Of a stretch of DNA of 64,000 bases, positions 1 through 11,587 are shown in pieces (within the stretch, counting starts at the first letter, position 1; every line of letters starts with the position of its first letter). The notes beneath the pieces were generated by a model, which did no database searches, had not been told where the DNA came from, and saw only the letters and a list, made by a program, of their open reading frames with translations. Location: positions 1 to 64,000 of the IMG/VR virus record IMGVR_UViG_3300024999_000029; one strand, written 5' to 3'. The translations under genes were made by a program, and so were the position numbers.

Positions 1-129
1 ACCATTGACCGTAAAATTGAACTGCTCCTTTGTGCCTACATTTTATACATCTAACATTTTTATTAATTTCATATAATCTAATTTTAGAGTAATTTTTCAT
101 AGTAACTCCTTTTAAATAAATTTTGTATT

Positions 130-405
130 TTAAAGCAATTTTCCTTCTGTTACTATTCTAGTAGGCGGAGGAACTGGCTCTTTAGGCACTTGAACATCTA
201 ACTTTATAAAACAATCTACATCAAAAGTATTGCACCCGCATTTGTCGCATTTATTATCTTCAAAGACCATGTTTTCAAAAGTTGAAGTAATGGTATCTTT
301 AGATGAATCTTCTTTCTCTTCAAATTTTGCATTTCTGCATTTTATACAAAATAACTCATAAGCAACCATTTTGGCATTTAATTTAAGTTCTATATTTTTA
401 CTCAT
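130..405 (-). CDS. Hypothetical protein with two CxxC motifs (possible Zn ribbon)
   Basis: CIKC and CDKCGC motifs; RBS upstream; stop codon lies inside a 7-6-7 boundary site (115-134). Confidence 0.6.
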   Translation of the reverse strand: MSKNIELKLNAKMVAYELFCIKCRNAKFEEKEDSSKDTITSTFENMVFEDNKCDKCGCNTFDVDCFIKLDVQVPKEPVPPPTRIVTEGKLL

Positions 406-422
406 ATTTTTCTCCTTTTATT

Positions 423-806
423 TTACATAAACAAAATCCTGTCTTCAAAAATTTCTTTCAGTGTTCTAATCAGCTCTTCATTCTCAATTTCATGAGAATC
501 AGTTATTACTACACTTTTCGGATTTTGTGAAATTAAAACACTAATTAATAAATCATCATAATTTATGTCATTCACTGGAACTATTCCAACATATTCATTC
601 ATGAACTCATCAGTAATATTTTCACCGCTATCATCATAATATCCATACATTCCATTACCACAAACAATAGTCATCATTTCATGTTTTGATTCTTGAATAT
701 TGGTAAGATGTTTAAGTAAGCCAACAAATTCTTGATATTCTTGTTTAATTAATTCAGCATCTTTTTTCTTACTGTATTCTTGAAAATCAATAATCTTTGC
801 ACTCAT
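423..806 (-). CDS. Hypothetical protein
   Basis: 127-aa ORF, packed 1 nt after the upstream gene. Confidence 0.6.
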   Translation of the reverse strand: MSAKIIDFQEYSKKKDAELIKQEYQEFVGLLKHLTNIQESKHEMMTIVCGNGMYGYYDDSGENITDEFMNEYVGIVPVNDINYDDLLISVLISQNPKSVVITDSHEIENEELIRTLKEIFEDRILFM

Positions 807-807
807 A

Positions 808-999
808 TTAAACTACCCATACCCTTCTTTGGTATTCTCCAATTGAAACTATATCGTTTTCTTTTAGTTCCAAATTATAATGTTCATCAAATTTTATAGG
901 AACAGAATTAACATAAATCTTCCCCATACAGACTAATCTTCTAAATTCTGAACGACCATTTAACGCACCATTTTTATGTAAAAACCAGAATAAATCCAT
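808..999 (-). CDS. Stand-alone S4-like RNA-binding domain protein
   Basis: GRSEFRRLVCMGKIYVN...ENDIVSIG resembles the S4 fold of TyrRS C-termini (SxSEARRLIxQGxVxVNG...GDxIxVG); RBS AGGAGG. Confidence 0.6.
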   Translation of the reverse strand: MDLFWFLHKNGALNGRSEFRRLVCMGKIYVNSVPIKFDEHYNLELKENDIVSIGEYQRRVWVV

Positions 1000-1128
1000 A
1001 TTAACCTCCTAAATTGCTTTAAAACAACGGTTTTATTGAAATTCGTAATCAATATATAGTATATTAATTAATTGTGTTGTCTATATATTGTATGCGATTT
1101 AATAGTAGGAGAAATAATCTCCCTACTA

Positions 1129-1515
1129 TTAACTATTTAACTCATTAAACATATTTGTAAGTTCCTCTAGCGACTTATTCTGTAAGCTTTCATCTTGTTT
1201 TGCCGCCATTATCTCCAATATTTTCTGCTTTTGTTCTTTTCTTGCTCTAGCTTTAAGTTTTGAATTTTCTTCTTCTAGCTTAACTTTAACTATATACTTT
1301 ACAATTTCAATTTTTGTATCAAGTTCCTTGTCTTGTTTAGTTCTTGTATCAAGTAAACTTTCTTCTTTTACTTGCTTTAGCTGAGAATTTAGAGATTTAA
1401 AAATTGAATCTAGACTTTCAACTGACAAATCCCACAAATCTTCGGCAGATACTAACCCTTTAAATGGAAACCTCATCTTGCCCCTTACTGCACTTTCAAA
1501 CATATTTTCGCTCAT
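1129..1515 (-). CDS. Hypothetical phage protein, coiled-coil C-terminus
   Basis: 128-aa ORF with RBS, directly downstream of the 681-aa gene. Confidence 0.7.
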   Translation of the reverse strand: MSENMFESAVRGKMRFPFKGLVSAEDLWDLSVESLDSIFKSLNSQLKQVKEESLLDTRTKQDKELDTKIEIVKYIVKVKLEEENSKLKARARKEQKQKILEIMAAKQDESLQNKSLEELTNMFNELNS

Positions 1516-1534
1516 CTTATTTTCTCCTTTTATA

Positions 1535-3580
1535 TTATATTTTTATTTTAATTACTCTTTCTGATTGTCCTTTTACCTTAACTAATAGTTCATTTCTTTT
1601 GGTTGATGAAAACCCAAGTCCTGATAGTTGATCCTCAACATCTTTTACTGCCATCTTACCTCCAAGTGCCTCAAATACCCTTCTGTGCTGCATTAAATCT
1701 TCTTTTAAAAACTCATTGTAAAAGCCATTCGGCTGCTCTGGATTAATACAGTTCTTTAGCATAAATAAATAATGTCTATGCCCAATATTATCTTGCTCAT
1801 CCCAATAATTTGGCGAATAACAAACAACTGATACTGGAACAAATTGATTTGTTTTCAAATTCCATACTTCTTTTGATGATACATTTGATGGCAGTTTTTC
1901 TTTGATGGTAAATCCTATGTTTTTATCAAACGTAACTTCTGCAGCTTGAACCTTTTCATTATTTTTTAATTCTTTATTGTATTTAAAAGAATATATCTGA
2001 CCATCAAATTCAATTTCAGCCTTAAATCCACTTTTCCCACCTCTATGTGTATAATTGTGAACAAAAAATTTATAAGTACCTTCTTGCATTTTATTTTTAT
2101 CCGTCCAAGTAATATTCTCAACGGCAGGTTTATTTCTTGTCGGATTGATTATATCAATATCTAATTGTCCAGTAGTATATCGGTTAATTTTATTACTATA
2201 ACAAATCTCATTACCACGAGGTTCAATACAGTGAGCGTCTAAATCATTGCCGTCATATTCATTATCATTCCATTGTATTGAAAATCTCAACACTCCTTCT
2301 ACGTTACCACCTGCGGATTTAACATTTTCTTTCATTGAACTATCAGTTATGTTTCCAGAATAAGCCCAACTAAATCCATTGTTCCATTTAAACATAGTCT
2401 TACTATCTTTATTTTCTGGAGCTATTAACGATACCATATTGCTAGAGTGTTTATTATCTAAGAATGCTTCAATTTCTTTTGTTGTTGGTAATACATTTTT
2501 TACAAAATCGTCTATTGAAATTTCCTCAACCTTAGAAAACTTTTTAGGATTAGTTGCAATTTCACTAGACATTTCTTCAAATATGTCTGACCCGCTTATT
2601 CTTTTTGCAGAATCTTTGTTTGAGAACAATATATTGTTTACGGTTATATCATCCAATGTTGCATATCTTCTGTTCAAGGACTCCATATAGCCAAGTTCTT
2701 CTATTGTTTTTTTAGCGTCTTCAAGCATTTTCTTAGTATAGATTGCTTTAGGTCTTTTATAATTTTCAGGAGCGACTATTGCCTCATACTTTCTTACTGC
2801 TGTATCCAAATCCATACCTTCGCTTATATTAATAAGCAATGTTCCTATACTGTGATTTTTTATTCTTCCAATAGCACCACCAACTTTCACAGATTGTTCC
2901 CAAGTATAATTTTCTTTTTCTTTTGTTGTCTGCAACTTATCGTATTCTTTCTTATATATTAGAAATTCAATTAATACTACTTTCCATTCTTCGCCTTTAT
3001 ATAGAGAATTTTGAGATATTAGCTCCAATACAGTTAGTAAACTTTCTTCGGTTATTTCATCTAGAGATCTTTTAAATACGTTTCTTGTATCCCTATAAGT
3101 GCCTTTAATATCTCCTTCTGACTTACCACTTTTGTCAACAAATTTGTCTGGCAATTCTAAATAAAAGTGCTGCCATTCAGTTACTTTTCCATTTTCTAAT
3201 TCTTCAAAATTTCTATCAGTGCCTATCTTTTTAAATTTGCTTATCCAAACATCTGAAACAGCTTTTGACTTTACGTATTCAGATAGAGCATTAATAACTG
3301 GCTGAAATGTTGTGCTACCAGTTTCAAAATCCCAGATAGTTTTTATTTCGTTATCCTTAATAATAACTGCATTTCCAATGTTCTTTACGAAATGCCTACA
3401 ACAACTACAATCATGCTCTCTTCTTTCTCTGTAAATTTCGTTAGTTCCTTCTGGGTAACTATCTAAATACAGATTCCACATCTCGTCTTTGTCTAAATTT
3501 ACCTCAAATAAGCGACTTGCATCTTTTGATATCTGATTGAAGTTTTCTTGTAGTAGATTCTTAAATTCCTTAAATTCCAT
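1535..3580 (-). CDS. Large hypothetical phage protein with YfaP/DUF2135-like beta domain
   Basis: 681 aa; [18 protein letters not shown]...LDIDII...[14 protein letters not shown] resembles YfaP-like domains; N-terminal HDCSCCRH Cys cluster. Confidence 0.55.
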   Translation of the reverse strand: MEFKEFKNLLQENFNQISKDASRLFEVNLDKDEMWNLYLDSYPEGTNEIYRERREHDCSCCRHFVKNIGNAVIIKDNEIKTIWDFETGSTTFQPVINALSEYVKSKAVSDVWISKFKKIGTDRNFEELENGKVTEWQHFYLELPDKFVDKSGKSEGDIKGTYRDTRNVFKRSLDEITEESLLTVLELISQNSLYKGEEWKVVLIEFLIYKKEYDKLQTTKEKENYTWEQSVKVGGAIGRIKNHSIGTLLINISEGMDLDTAVRKYEAIVAPENYKRPKAIYTKKMLEDAKKTIEELGYMESLNRRYATLDDITVNNILFSNKDSAKRISGSDIFEEMSSEIATNPKKFSKVEEISIDDFVKNVLPTTKEIEAFLDNKHSSNMVSLIAPENKDSKTMFKWNNGFSWAYSGNITDSSMKENVKSAGGNVEGVLRFSIQWNDNEYDGNDLDAHCIEPRGNEICYSNKINRYTTGQLDIDIINPTRNKPAVENITWTDKNKMQEGTYKFFVHNYTHRGGKSGFKAEIEFDGQIYSFKYNKELKNNEKVQAAEVTFDKNIGFTIKEKLPSNVSSKEVWNLKTNQFVPVSVVCYSPNYWDEQDNIGHRHYLFMLKNCINPEQPNGFYNEFLKEDLMQHRRVFEALGGKMAVKDVEDQLSGLGFSSTKRNELLVKVKGQSERVIKIKI

Positions 3581-3635
3581 TTCGCACTCTCCTTTTTATA
3601 TTTTAGTTATATTTTAATAAAAAATACCTTTTATA

Positions 3636-3860
3636 TTATATTTCACATTCTTTTAATTTCTTTTCAGCTTCTTCTTTTGTATTAAATTTCCACTGCTCTA
3701 TAAATTCAATAGGCTTAAACCATTTATCTATGTTATCTTCTACGTTTTGAAAATGAATACATGTAGTGCCATCAATATTTTCTATGTCTATTATTTCGAC
3801 TTCAATCGCTCTCGTATTTGAAGTATATGCAATCGTAAAAAATCTATCTCCAATATTCAT
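3636..3860 (-). CDS. Hypothetical protein
   Basis: RBS AGGAGGAG; flanked by boundary sites 3616 and 3884. Confidence 0.6.
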   Translation of the reverse strand: MNIGDRFFTIAYTSNTRAIEVEIIDIENIDGTTCIHFQNVEDNIDKWFKPIEFIEQWKFNTKEEAEKKLKECEI

Positions 3861-3902
3861 TTCTAAATCTCCTCCTAAATCTAATTGAAATATACTTTTT
3901 AT

Positions 3903-4058
3903 CTAAACTTCAATCTTATTATCCATACAATATTTCACACATCTTAATATGTAATGAGCATATTCTTCATTCCATATTACTCCAATATTCTCTTCACAAA
4001 GTTCTTTTGTCCAGAGATAAGATATTTTATCATTGCGTACTTCAATCGGTTTTAACAT
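3903..4058 (-). CDS. Small hypothetical protein (51 aa, not in ORF track)
   Basis: AAGGAG RBS, then ATG TTA AAA CCG...; stop overlaps the edge of boundary site 3884-3903. Confidence 0.5.
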   Translation of the reverse strand: MLKPIEVRNDKISYLWTKELCEENIGVIWNEEYAHYILRCVKYCMDNKIEV

Positions 4059-4077
4059 ATTGACTCCTTTTTATATT

Positions 4078-4398
4078 TTAATCAATCTTCTGACCACAGT
4101 GCTTACATAATTTTAATTCTTCAGCACATTTATCACAAAGAATATCTACACAAGTGCTACCAAATGTCTTTTCTTCATCACAGTTTGCACATTCTACTGT
4201 GGTCATAGCTGCACCACCAAATCTAGACATTACATAATTACAATATTTGCACAGATGTTTCTCTTTGAGTCTTATTTTCTTTTCTGGATCTGAATAATAT
4301 AACAAGAGTTTCTTTGTCATTTCATCAATGTGAGATTTGTTTCTAAATTTGGTATTAAGTTTATGGCTTTCGTCCAAATTCATTTTTCTAACTTCCAT
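4078..4398 (-). CDS. Hypothetical Cys-rich (Zn-binding) protein
   Basis: CKYC, CANC, CDKC, CKHC motifs. Confidence 0.6.
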   Translation of the reverse strand: MEVRKMNLDESHKLNTKFRNKSHIDEMTKKLLLYYSDPEKKIRLKEKHLCKYCNYVMSRFGGAAMTTVECANCDEEKTFGSTCVDILCDKCAEELKLCKHCGQKID

Positions 4399-4773
4399 AC
4401 TATTCTCCTTTTATATTTTATATTTTATTTCAAAATCTTCTATTTCTGTAACTTCATCTATATCATCAATTTCCATATCCCCATTAAGGCTTTCGTTAAT
4501 CCAAACTGTCATTTCTTCATATTATTCTCCTTTCGATAAATGCCAAATTTTATTAAGCTATACAAATACTACAAGCACAACCAAAACATTCTTTTTCTCC
4601 ATCAGATTCTTCACATTCATCCATATCATGTTCCATTTGCTTTGTAAGTTTTTTAACTGCATATCCATTTTCCCCTAAGTAATTTAATTGCTTCATCTAT
4701 CTTATCTTCCATAAGCCCTCCTTAAAATACCATTTTTATTGAAATATTTATCCAAAGTTTTCCTTCCTCATTA

Positions 4774-4802
4774 AATATACCATTGCTTAATTCGATTGTC
4801 AA
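4774..4802 (-). promoter_or_regulatory. SigA-type promoter
   Basis: TTGACA-17 nt-TATATT on minus strand. Confidence 0.7.
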
Positions 4803-4823
4803 TATATTTTATATTTTAGATTA

Positions 4824-7085
4824 TTAAATTTTTAGTAATTCGTTTAAAAATGTATCTCTATTAAAATTAGCTTTTAATTTGATTGCTCTGTTAACAGTAT
4901 TTATACTTCCAATGTGATAACATTTTTCTTTTGCTCTGGTTTGCCCAACATATATTAGATTAGAGTTTAACATAAACGTATGAGCTTTTGGAGTTAATAA
5001 TATAACTACTTTTGCCTGACCTCCTTGTGATTTATGAGTTGATATTGAATAAGCTAATTTCAATTGCGCCGCCATGTACTTATCGTAGATTATTTGCTTA
5101 TCATCAAAGTCTATTATCATATTAGTTTTGTTTATTCTTACTATCCTACCAATTTCACCATTAGGAACAAAAGTTTCATTATCCTCCGAGTCATCTAAAA
5201 AGCCATCCGTATACAGCGGAGCTTTGTAATTATTAACGGTTTGTATTACTAAATCATTTACATAGTAAGAAGTATCTCCTATTTTTAATCCATCTCCATA
5301 ACAGCTTGGGTTCGCTATTTTTTGTAACCTCAAATTTAATTCAACAGTTCCATAGTCACCTTTATTGTAAGATGACAGAACAAGTATATCTTCTGGTTTA
5401 TATCCTTTAGTTAATAGTTTTTTATATAATGAAATAGTATTATACACTAACTTTTCTTGATCAGATGGAATGAATATATATCCTTTATCATCTCCAAAAA
5501 ATGTTACGCCTTTTATGTCATTTGTCAAAAATTCCTCACTAAATCTAGTCTTAGTTGCTACGGTCATTAATCCGCCAGCTCCATATCTAAAAACCTGTGT
5601 TAAAGTGGTTATAGGTATCAATCCTGAATTAACTAAGTCGTGTAACACATTTCCTGCACTTACAGATGGAATTTGAGCAGAGTCACCAATTATCAATATT
5701 TTTGTTGTTTGAAAATTAATTGCTTCTAACACTTTCTTCATAATAAAAATATCTACCATTGAAAACTCATCAATTATTAAAACATCACAAAATAATTTAT
5801 CATTTTCATTATAACCCCACTCATTAGGAGGCATATATCCTAAACCTCTATGAATAGTTGACGCTATTTCATTTGTAAATCCAGATAATACTTTACTAGC
5901 TCTGCCAGTAGGCGCAAATAATTTAAACGACTTTTTATTATCTCTTAGCATTCTAATAATTGAATTTGTTGTTTGCGATTTTCCGCAACCTGCAAAGCCA
6001 TTTAAAATTGAAATATTATATTTACATATATTCTTTAAAGCGTCTGTCTGTTGATCGGTTAGTGTGATATTATCCACGGTTTTATACTTTTCAACATCAA
6101 ATTCCCATTTGGTATTATATCCTAAGCCATCTTTAATTCTCATTGATATATAAAATTCTGTATCATAGGTGTTTTTAAGGGCTACATCTTTAGTTTTATT
6201 ATCTAAATATATATCTTTATCATTTTTTATAATATCAACAAAATGTGATATGCAAGCTATGGCTAGTTTTTCGCATTGTTTCTTTAACTTAACGGCACTC
6301 ATCTTTGTATGACCGCCTTCGGTTTCATTTTCTTCTAATAAATACATAATACACGCTTTGCATCTTTGTGCTGACGTTTTTAAATCATATCCAAAATCTA
6401 TTATAGGTTTTATGTTTTTTGATATATTGTCTTTTGAAGTTTTATCCACGTCTAACAATATACTATCAGCAGTTTTAAATCCTATTCTCGACAATCCACA
6501 CAAACACTTATAAGGATTATCTCTTAATTCTTTTTTTATCTTTGGTATTGATAGATATTTTTCAAACAACTTTTTTAAAACTGAAATAGAAATCATACCT
6601 TGATATTCGTCCACCAGTTCAACTAGCCCAAAGTTCTCAATTATCTTGTTTTTTATAATATTAAATGTATATTCTTTAATATTATAAGTTTTACTTAAAT
6701 CAATATCGTCTAATCTATTGTTGATTACCCTATCAACTATATCAGGATAGGCTTCTAAAAGCGTATTAACCTGATTTGATGTAAGTATTTCAGACAAAAA
6801 TATCTTCATTGATTGAGAATCCCTTGGTTTTTCACGCTTAATATTAATTACTTTATATTGATAACCATAACCTTGCTTACTCATTTGTTCTTCAGCTTTA
6901 ACAAGATATTCAATATCATATCCTAAATCAAACATATCACCTAAAATAGTTGTGTTTTGATATTTATTTGGTTTAATTTCGGGATACTTATTAAAATCTA
7001 CATCTACACTATATATCTTATAATCAGGACTATTAAACGTCTGAAATTTAGGTGTGCATATAAATTCTTTTATATTTTCTGTCAT
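4824..7085 (-). CDS. recD2: RecD2-like SF1B helicase
   Basis: Walker A GFAGCGKS, IIDEFSMVD, GDSAQIPSV, YSISTHKSQG, LIYVGQTRAK; N-terminal HhH-like NPY..LCGLSRIGFKTAD; likely start ATG 7085 overlapping the dnaE stop (TAATG). Confidence 0.9.
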   Translation of the reverse strand: MTENIKEFICTPKFQTFNSPDYKIYSVDVDFNKYPEIKPNKYQNTTILGDMFDLGYDIEYLVKAEEQMSKQGYGYQYKVINIKREKPRDSQSMKIFLSEILTSNQVNTLLEAYPDIVDRVINNRLDDIDLSKTYNIKEYTFNIIKNKIIENFGLVELVDEYQGMISISVLKKLFEKYLSIPKIKKELRDNPYKCLCGLSRIGFKTADSILLDVDKTSKDNISKNIKPIIDFGYDLKTSAQRCKACIMYLLEENETEGGHTKMSAVKLKKQCEKLAIACISHFVDIIKNDKDIYLDNKTKDVALKNTYDTEFYISMRIKDGLGYNTKWEFDVEKYKTVDNITLTDQQTDALKNICKYNISILNGFAGCGKSQTTNSIIRMLRDNKKSFKLFAPTGRASKVLSGFTNEIASTIHRGLGYMPPNEWGYNENDKLFCDVLIIDEFSMVDIFIMKKVLEAINFQTTKILIIGDSAQIPSVSAGNVLHDLVNSGLIPITTLTQVFRYGAGGLMTVATKTRFSEEFLTNDIKGVTFFGDDKGYIFIPSDQEKLVYNTISLYKKLLTKGYKPEDILVLSSYNKGDYGTVELNLRLQKIANPSCYGDGLKIGDTSYYVNDLVIQTVNNYKAPLYTDGFLDDSEDNETFVPNGEIGRIVRINKTNMIIDFDDKQIIYDKYMAAQLKLAYSISTHKSQGGQAKVVILLTPKAHTFMLNSNLIYVGQTRAKEKCYHIGSINTVNRAIKLKANFNRDTFLNELLKI

Positions 7086-10000
7086 TAAAATACCTCCCAA
7101 TCATTTAGTATGTCTTCGAGTTCGTCTGTTTTTCTCCATACTCCACCGACACATTTAGTCTTAAATTGTTGTTTAAAATTATTTACTTTAAGCACATCGT
7201 ATAGTTTAAATGGATTCTCCACGAACAATTGTGGTTCTTTAACTTTAGTTTTTAAATCCTCTCCAGTTTTTATATTTCTTAAAGTTACGTATGGCTTTCT
7301 TTTATCATTATAGGTTTTATATTCTATAACAATATGAAATTTTTCATGTACTTCAGGGTTCATATAAATAACATACTCTAAATAATCCATTTCAAATTTA
7401 ACTTGTTCTTTAACCGACATTGATTTATCTTCTAGTTTAGAAGTTGACATACTAATTAATCCTATTGTATCTAATTCTTTATATAAAGCGTCAGTTTCTT
7501 TGTTGCTATATTTTTTAATTAATGCTTCTGTTAGATTGTATTTGGTTAATTCTACCTTTTTAATCTGTTTCCTGCCGTTAAAACTATTGAATATATCTAT
7601 GTATTGTAATAATTTCTTATTTTTACCATACTTTTTAAAGAAATTTAACCCAGTTAGTATTTTAAGTTGTCTGGCATCTACTGAAGTTTTTATATTGATG
7701 TCCATAAGTAATTCAGTGAAACTATTATATTTATTATCTCTGAGTGCATATAATTCATGAGCTATATTCATATTGCAATATTTTATACTTTTTATGCCTT
7801 TGTAAATTGTATTTGTATTTTTATTAAAGGTGTATTCATCTATTGATTCACCGAACTCAATTGATTTAATAGTGATACCCTTTTCTTTTGCTAACTCAGT
7901 ACCCATTTGTATATCTTCTTTGTTTGCAGCGTTGTTTAGGTAAGCAGTAATAAACTCAATAGGATAATAAGTTCTCAATCTGACGCAAGCATATCCATCC
8001 ATACTATATCCAGTGCTATGATTATACCCGAATTGATACTCACTTGAATCAGATATAATTTGGATAAACGCCTTTGCTTCTTCTTCTGCAATCTCTCTTG
8101 GTTTTTTAGAAATATTACAGTACCCTTCAAGTATTTTAGGTAATTGTAAGTTTAATAACTCTAAGTCCTTTTTACCAATTGCACGTCTAGTGGTATCAGC
8201 CAAAGAACCATTAAATCCACATATTTCAGTCAAAAATTTAATTGTATCCTCTTGATAAACCAAAAAACCATTATTTTGAACTAGCAATTCATTAATTTCT
8301 GATGATGGATTCTGATTAAATTCTCTAGCTATAAGTTTGTCTCTATAGCTTTTTCCCGAAGGTCTTAAACTTGCATTAACTAATGACATATCATTAATTT
8401 TTCTCGGTTTAAATTCTTTTAATAACGCAAATGCAAAATCCCCTTCAAATTGAAAAACTCCAATTTTAGATTTAATCATATCGTCCCATACATTTTTATC
8501 TTCCCAATCAATTTCATGTGATTTAAGGTAATGTGAATTTATATATTTATAAGTATCTTTCATTATTCCAACAGTTTTTAACCCTAATATATCAAACTTA
8601 ACATAATTTAAAGAGTCTACAGCTTTCATTGCACATGTTGATACAGGGAAGCTTTCATCACCCCCACTATAAAACACTCCTAAGTTATCTTGTAGTGTAA
8701 TAGGAGAACCTATCATACCACTAGGATGATGTCCTTTTGATATTATTGTACCTTTTAGCCCATCAAAATAATAAAACAAGTCTTGATTGTTATTTTTTAA
8801 ATCTATAAAACTTTGATATAATTTATTAGCTCTTGTAATTGCTTTAGGGTTTCTGATTTGATTTACATATATATCATGATTATCAAAATCAACTGTTGTT
8901 TTTTCTAAGTTTAATTCATCTATATTAACTTCTGATTGGATTATCTCGTTATACTCATTGAATATTTTTTCATATTGGTCTTTAATAATAGCTACTTCAT
9001 CTAAGTTTGCATAATCCAACCCTTTAGTTAAAACATCAATTGTACCTCTATCTTGCAATGTTCCAAATTGTGCTATATAAGATGTTTTAGATGCTCCGAA
9101 TTTATTAATTATAAACTCATAAACTTTAGCCCTATCATTTGGAGCAAAATCAATATCTATATCAGCAAGACTAACTCTATCAGCGTTACAAAATCTTGAA
9201 AATACAGTATCCCACTTTATAGGATCAACATCAATAATATCTAATATATAAGCTATTGTGCTACCGCCAACCGAACCTCTACAAAACCCATAGGGAATAT
9301 TATTTGCATTACAATAGTCAACTAACTCAGACATGAATAATAAGAAACTTTCCATGCCCTGAGTTTTAAAAGCCGTGAACTCTTCTTTTATATGCTTTTT
9401 ATATTTAGGATTATTATCAATAATTTTTTTATTTATTTTATCTTGATATTTTTGCGTTATTTTATTTTTAAATAGCACAGAAACATCCTTACCATAAAGA
9501 TTAGGATATTTAAATGTTTTGTCAAGATTAAAATCTTCTACTAAATCTGCGAATTTATTTGTATTTTCAATAGCTTCTAAATATACTTCTTTAGGCAATT
9601 CATTTTGAATTTCAAACATATTAATTAATTCATCTAATGTTTTCCATGTTAAATCAAAATCTTCTTCGTAAGCGTTTTCACTTTCATTTATACCATCTTC
9701 TGTTTTTTTATTTGAATAATCACTATTTTTAGATTTTTGCAAAATTTTTCTACACGCTGCTTTATATTCATTTGATGAATGAGTATCTGTCCCTGCTATA
9801 AGTGGAATATTATATTCTTTGCTCCAATCCCATAATAATTTATTATAATCTTTTTGATCCTTATAATTATGGTATTGAATTTCTAAAAAACATCTATTAT
9901 TATTTTTAGCCAACCAGTTTAACAACATCTGAACATAACTATCATCATCATTTCTCTTTTTCCATAACATAGAAGCTAGACACGCTGTAGTGACTAGGAT

Positions 10001-10414
10001 GTTTGAGCTTGTATTCATTAGCTCTTCTAGTGATATTCTTGGATTATAATAAAAATGCCTATCACTCTTATCTTCATTTTTGCCTTTTGATGTAGCTAAA
10101 GACATCAAAGAATTTAATTCTTTAACGCCATCAATATTTTTTGCATATAATCCGATATGATATCCTCTTTCATCGGCTTCTAATTTTGTACACACGTATA
10201 ATTCTACACCATGTATATATTTTATTTTGGCTTTATCACAATCTTGTTTTTTCTTTACCCAATCGTAAGTTCCTCCGTGATTTGAGAAAGCCAAAGCCTT
10301 TGTTTTATCTCTTTTGGCAAGTTTTATATATTCTTTATAATTTGTACATGAATCAGAGTAACCATTACAGTTACTCGTATCATCATGAACATGATATCTT
10401 ATATAATCATTCAT
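7085..10414 (-). CDS. dnaE: DNA polymerase III alpha subunit (family C)
   Basis: PHP domain (YHVHDD..SN, GTDTH), RGSVGGS, ADIDIDF, KFDILGLK, QFGYNHSTGYS. Confidence 0.95.
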   Translation of the reverse strand: MNDYIRYHVHDDTSNCNGYSDSCTNYKEYIKLAKRDKTKALAFSNHGGTYDWVKKKQDCDKAKIKYIHGVELYVCTKLEADERGYHIGLYAKNIDGVKELNSLMSLATSKGKNEDKSDRHFYYNPRISLEELMNTSSNILVTTACLASMLWKKRNDDDSYVQMLLNWLAKNNNRCFLEIQYHNYKDQKDYNKLLWDWSKEYNIPLIAGTDTHSSNEYKAACRKILQKSKNSDYSNKKTEDGINESENAYEEDFDLTWKTLDELINMFEIQNELPKEVYLEAIENTNKFADLVEDFNLDKTFKYPNLYGKDVSVLFKNKITQKYQDKINKKIIDNNPKYKKHIKEEFTAFKTQGMESFLLFMSELVDYCNANNIPYGFCRGSVGGSTIAYILDIIDVDPIKWDTVFSRFCNADRVSLADIDIDFAPNDRAKVYEFIINKFGASKTSYIAQFGTLQDRGTIDVLTKGLDYANLDEVAIIKDQYEKIFNEYNEIIQSEVNIDELNLEKTTVDFDNHDIYVNQIRNPKAITRANKLYQSFIDLKNNNQDLFYYFDGLKGTIISKGHHPSGMIGSPITLQDNLGVFYSGGDESFPVSTCAMKAVDSLNYVKFDILGLKTVGIMKDTYKYINSHYLKSHEIDWEDKNVWDDMIKSKIGVFQFEGDFAFALLKEFKPRKINDMSLVNASLRPSGKSYRDKLIAREFNQNPSSEINELLVQNNGFLVYQEDTIKFLTEICGFNGSLADTTRRAIGKKDLELLNLQLPKILEGYCNISKKPREIAEEEAKAFIQIISDSSEYQFGYNHSTGYSMDGYACVRLRTYYPIEFITAYLNNAANKEDIQMGTELAKEKGITIKSIEFGESIDEYTFNKNTNTIYKGIKSIKYCNMNIAHELYALRDNKYNSFTELLMDINIKTSVDARQLKILTGLNFFKKYGKNKKLLQYIDIFNSFNGRKQIKKVELTKYNLTEALIKKYSNKETDALYKELDTIGLISMSTSKLEDKSMSVKEQVKFEMDYLEYVIYMNPEVHEKFHIVIEYKTYNDKRKPYVTLRNIKTGEDLKTKVKEPQLFVENPFKLYDVLKVNNFKQQFKTKCVGGVWRKTDELEDILNDWEVF

Positions 10415-10429
10415 TATGTGTCTCCTTAT

Positions 10430-11557
10430 TTAAATTTCATCTAACCAGCTTAAATCATTTTCATTACTACTTTCAGTTTGATTTCTATATTTATTTAGCT
10501 CATCTAAATAAGCACCATATGGTTTATGTAACTTTGCTGAAAATCCACTTAAATTAGCAAAATAGTATGACTGGTTGTTCGTTACTTCTTCCCACCAAAT
10601 ATTTTCGTCTTTTGTTTTAGCATAGTTAGATTCTTTTTTCGAAATGTCGGCTATAGTATCAACTATATCTGTTTTTAAATTATCTATTTCTTCTTGGTTA
10701 AAAGGTATATTCACATAACAGTCTTTTATTTTATATTTTAGTTGTATATTTTCAGGTAAATTTTTTATATCATTTGTTAGTTTAAGTAAATCTAAATAGT
10801 TCTCAATCTGTTCATCCGTGTATATTTTTTCTTTTTTTAGCCACATTTTTGCGTTAGCGGTAAGGCTTTCACCAATTTCATTTCTAGCTATATGCCTCTC
10901 TTTCGTTTCACCATTGGCTTGCTCTACCTCAATAGTAACATACTTCAAGAAATTCCACAATACTTTTATATTTTCGATTTTAATTCCTAGTTGTCTAAGT
11001 CCTTCCGCATATAATATTAACTGTCCTTTCTCTTTATCAATTTTCTTACCAGTATATATAGATGATGTTTTCCAGTCTACAATAACCACGTCTTCACCGT
11101 CTTTAAAAATAAAATCTATGTATCCATGAAACATAAAATTATTTATTTTTATAAGAATAAATCGTTCTATTTCAACTTTTTTATTAATTATGTTGTGACT
11201 CTGAAAGAAATGCCTTAAACAATATTCGTATTTCTGTGCTATTAGCTTGTTTTTTTCTTCATTAGTTCTATCATATTTTAGTTCCGCCATATTAAATTTA
11301 AACAATTCATCTTCGTATTTAGGCAACATTTCATCATAGGTTATTTCTTTGCTATAAAATTTTTCTAATATATTATGTGCTGCGTTTCCACTAATACCAT
11401 ATATACCATCACTTCTGTCTTCAGGTGTTTTTGTAATATATTTAAGGTAATATTCAAAACAACTGTTTTTATATGTATTGTATCTACTCCATGAATACAG
11501 TGTTGCAACATTATATTTTTCTTTTATTTTTTCTAATTCTTGTCTTGTTTTTCTCAT
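10430..11557 (-). CDS. PD-(D/E)XK exonuclease (RecB/AddB-like phage nuclease)
   Basis: LYSWSRYNTY, GNAAHNILE, GYIDFI, IVDWKTS, QLILYA. Confidence 0.85.
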   Translation of the reverse strand: MRKTRQELEKIKEKYNVATLYSWSRYNTYKNSCFEYYLKYITKTPEDRSDGIYGISGNAAHNILEKFYSKEITYDEMLPKYEDELFKFNMAELKYDRTNEEKNKLIAQKYEYCLRHFFQSHNIINKKVEIERFILIKINNFMFHGYIDFIFKDGEDVVIVDWKTSSIYTGKKIDKEKGQLILYAEGLRQLGIKIENIKVLWNFLKYVTIEVEQANGETKERHIARNEIGESLTANAKMWLKKEKIYTDEQIENYLDLLKLTNDIKNLPENIQLKYKIKDCYVNIPFNQEEIDNLKTDIVDTIADISKKESNYAKTKDENIWWEEVTNNQSYYFANLSGFSAKLHKPYGAYLDELNKYRNQTESSNENDLSWLDEI

Positions 11558-11587
11558 ATAATCTCCTTTATTTTATATTTTAAATCA

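Noticed and set aside
10430-11557. Cas4/CRISPR association
   Set aside because: No repeat-spacer array or other cas genes in the window; the context is a phage replication operon
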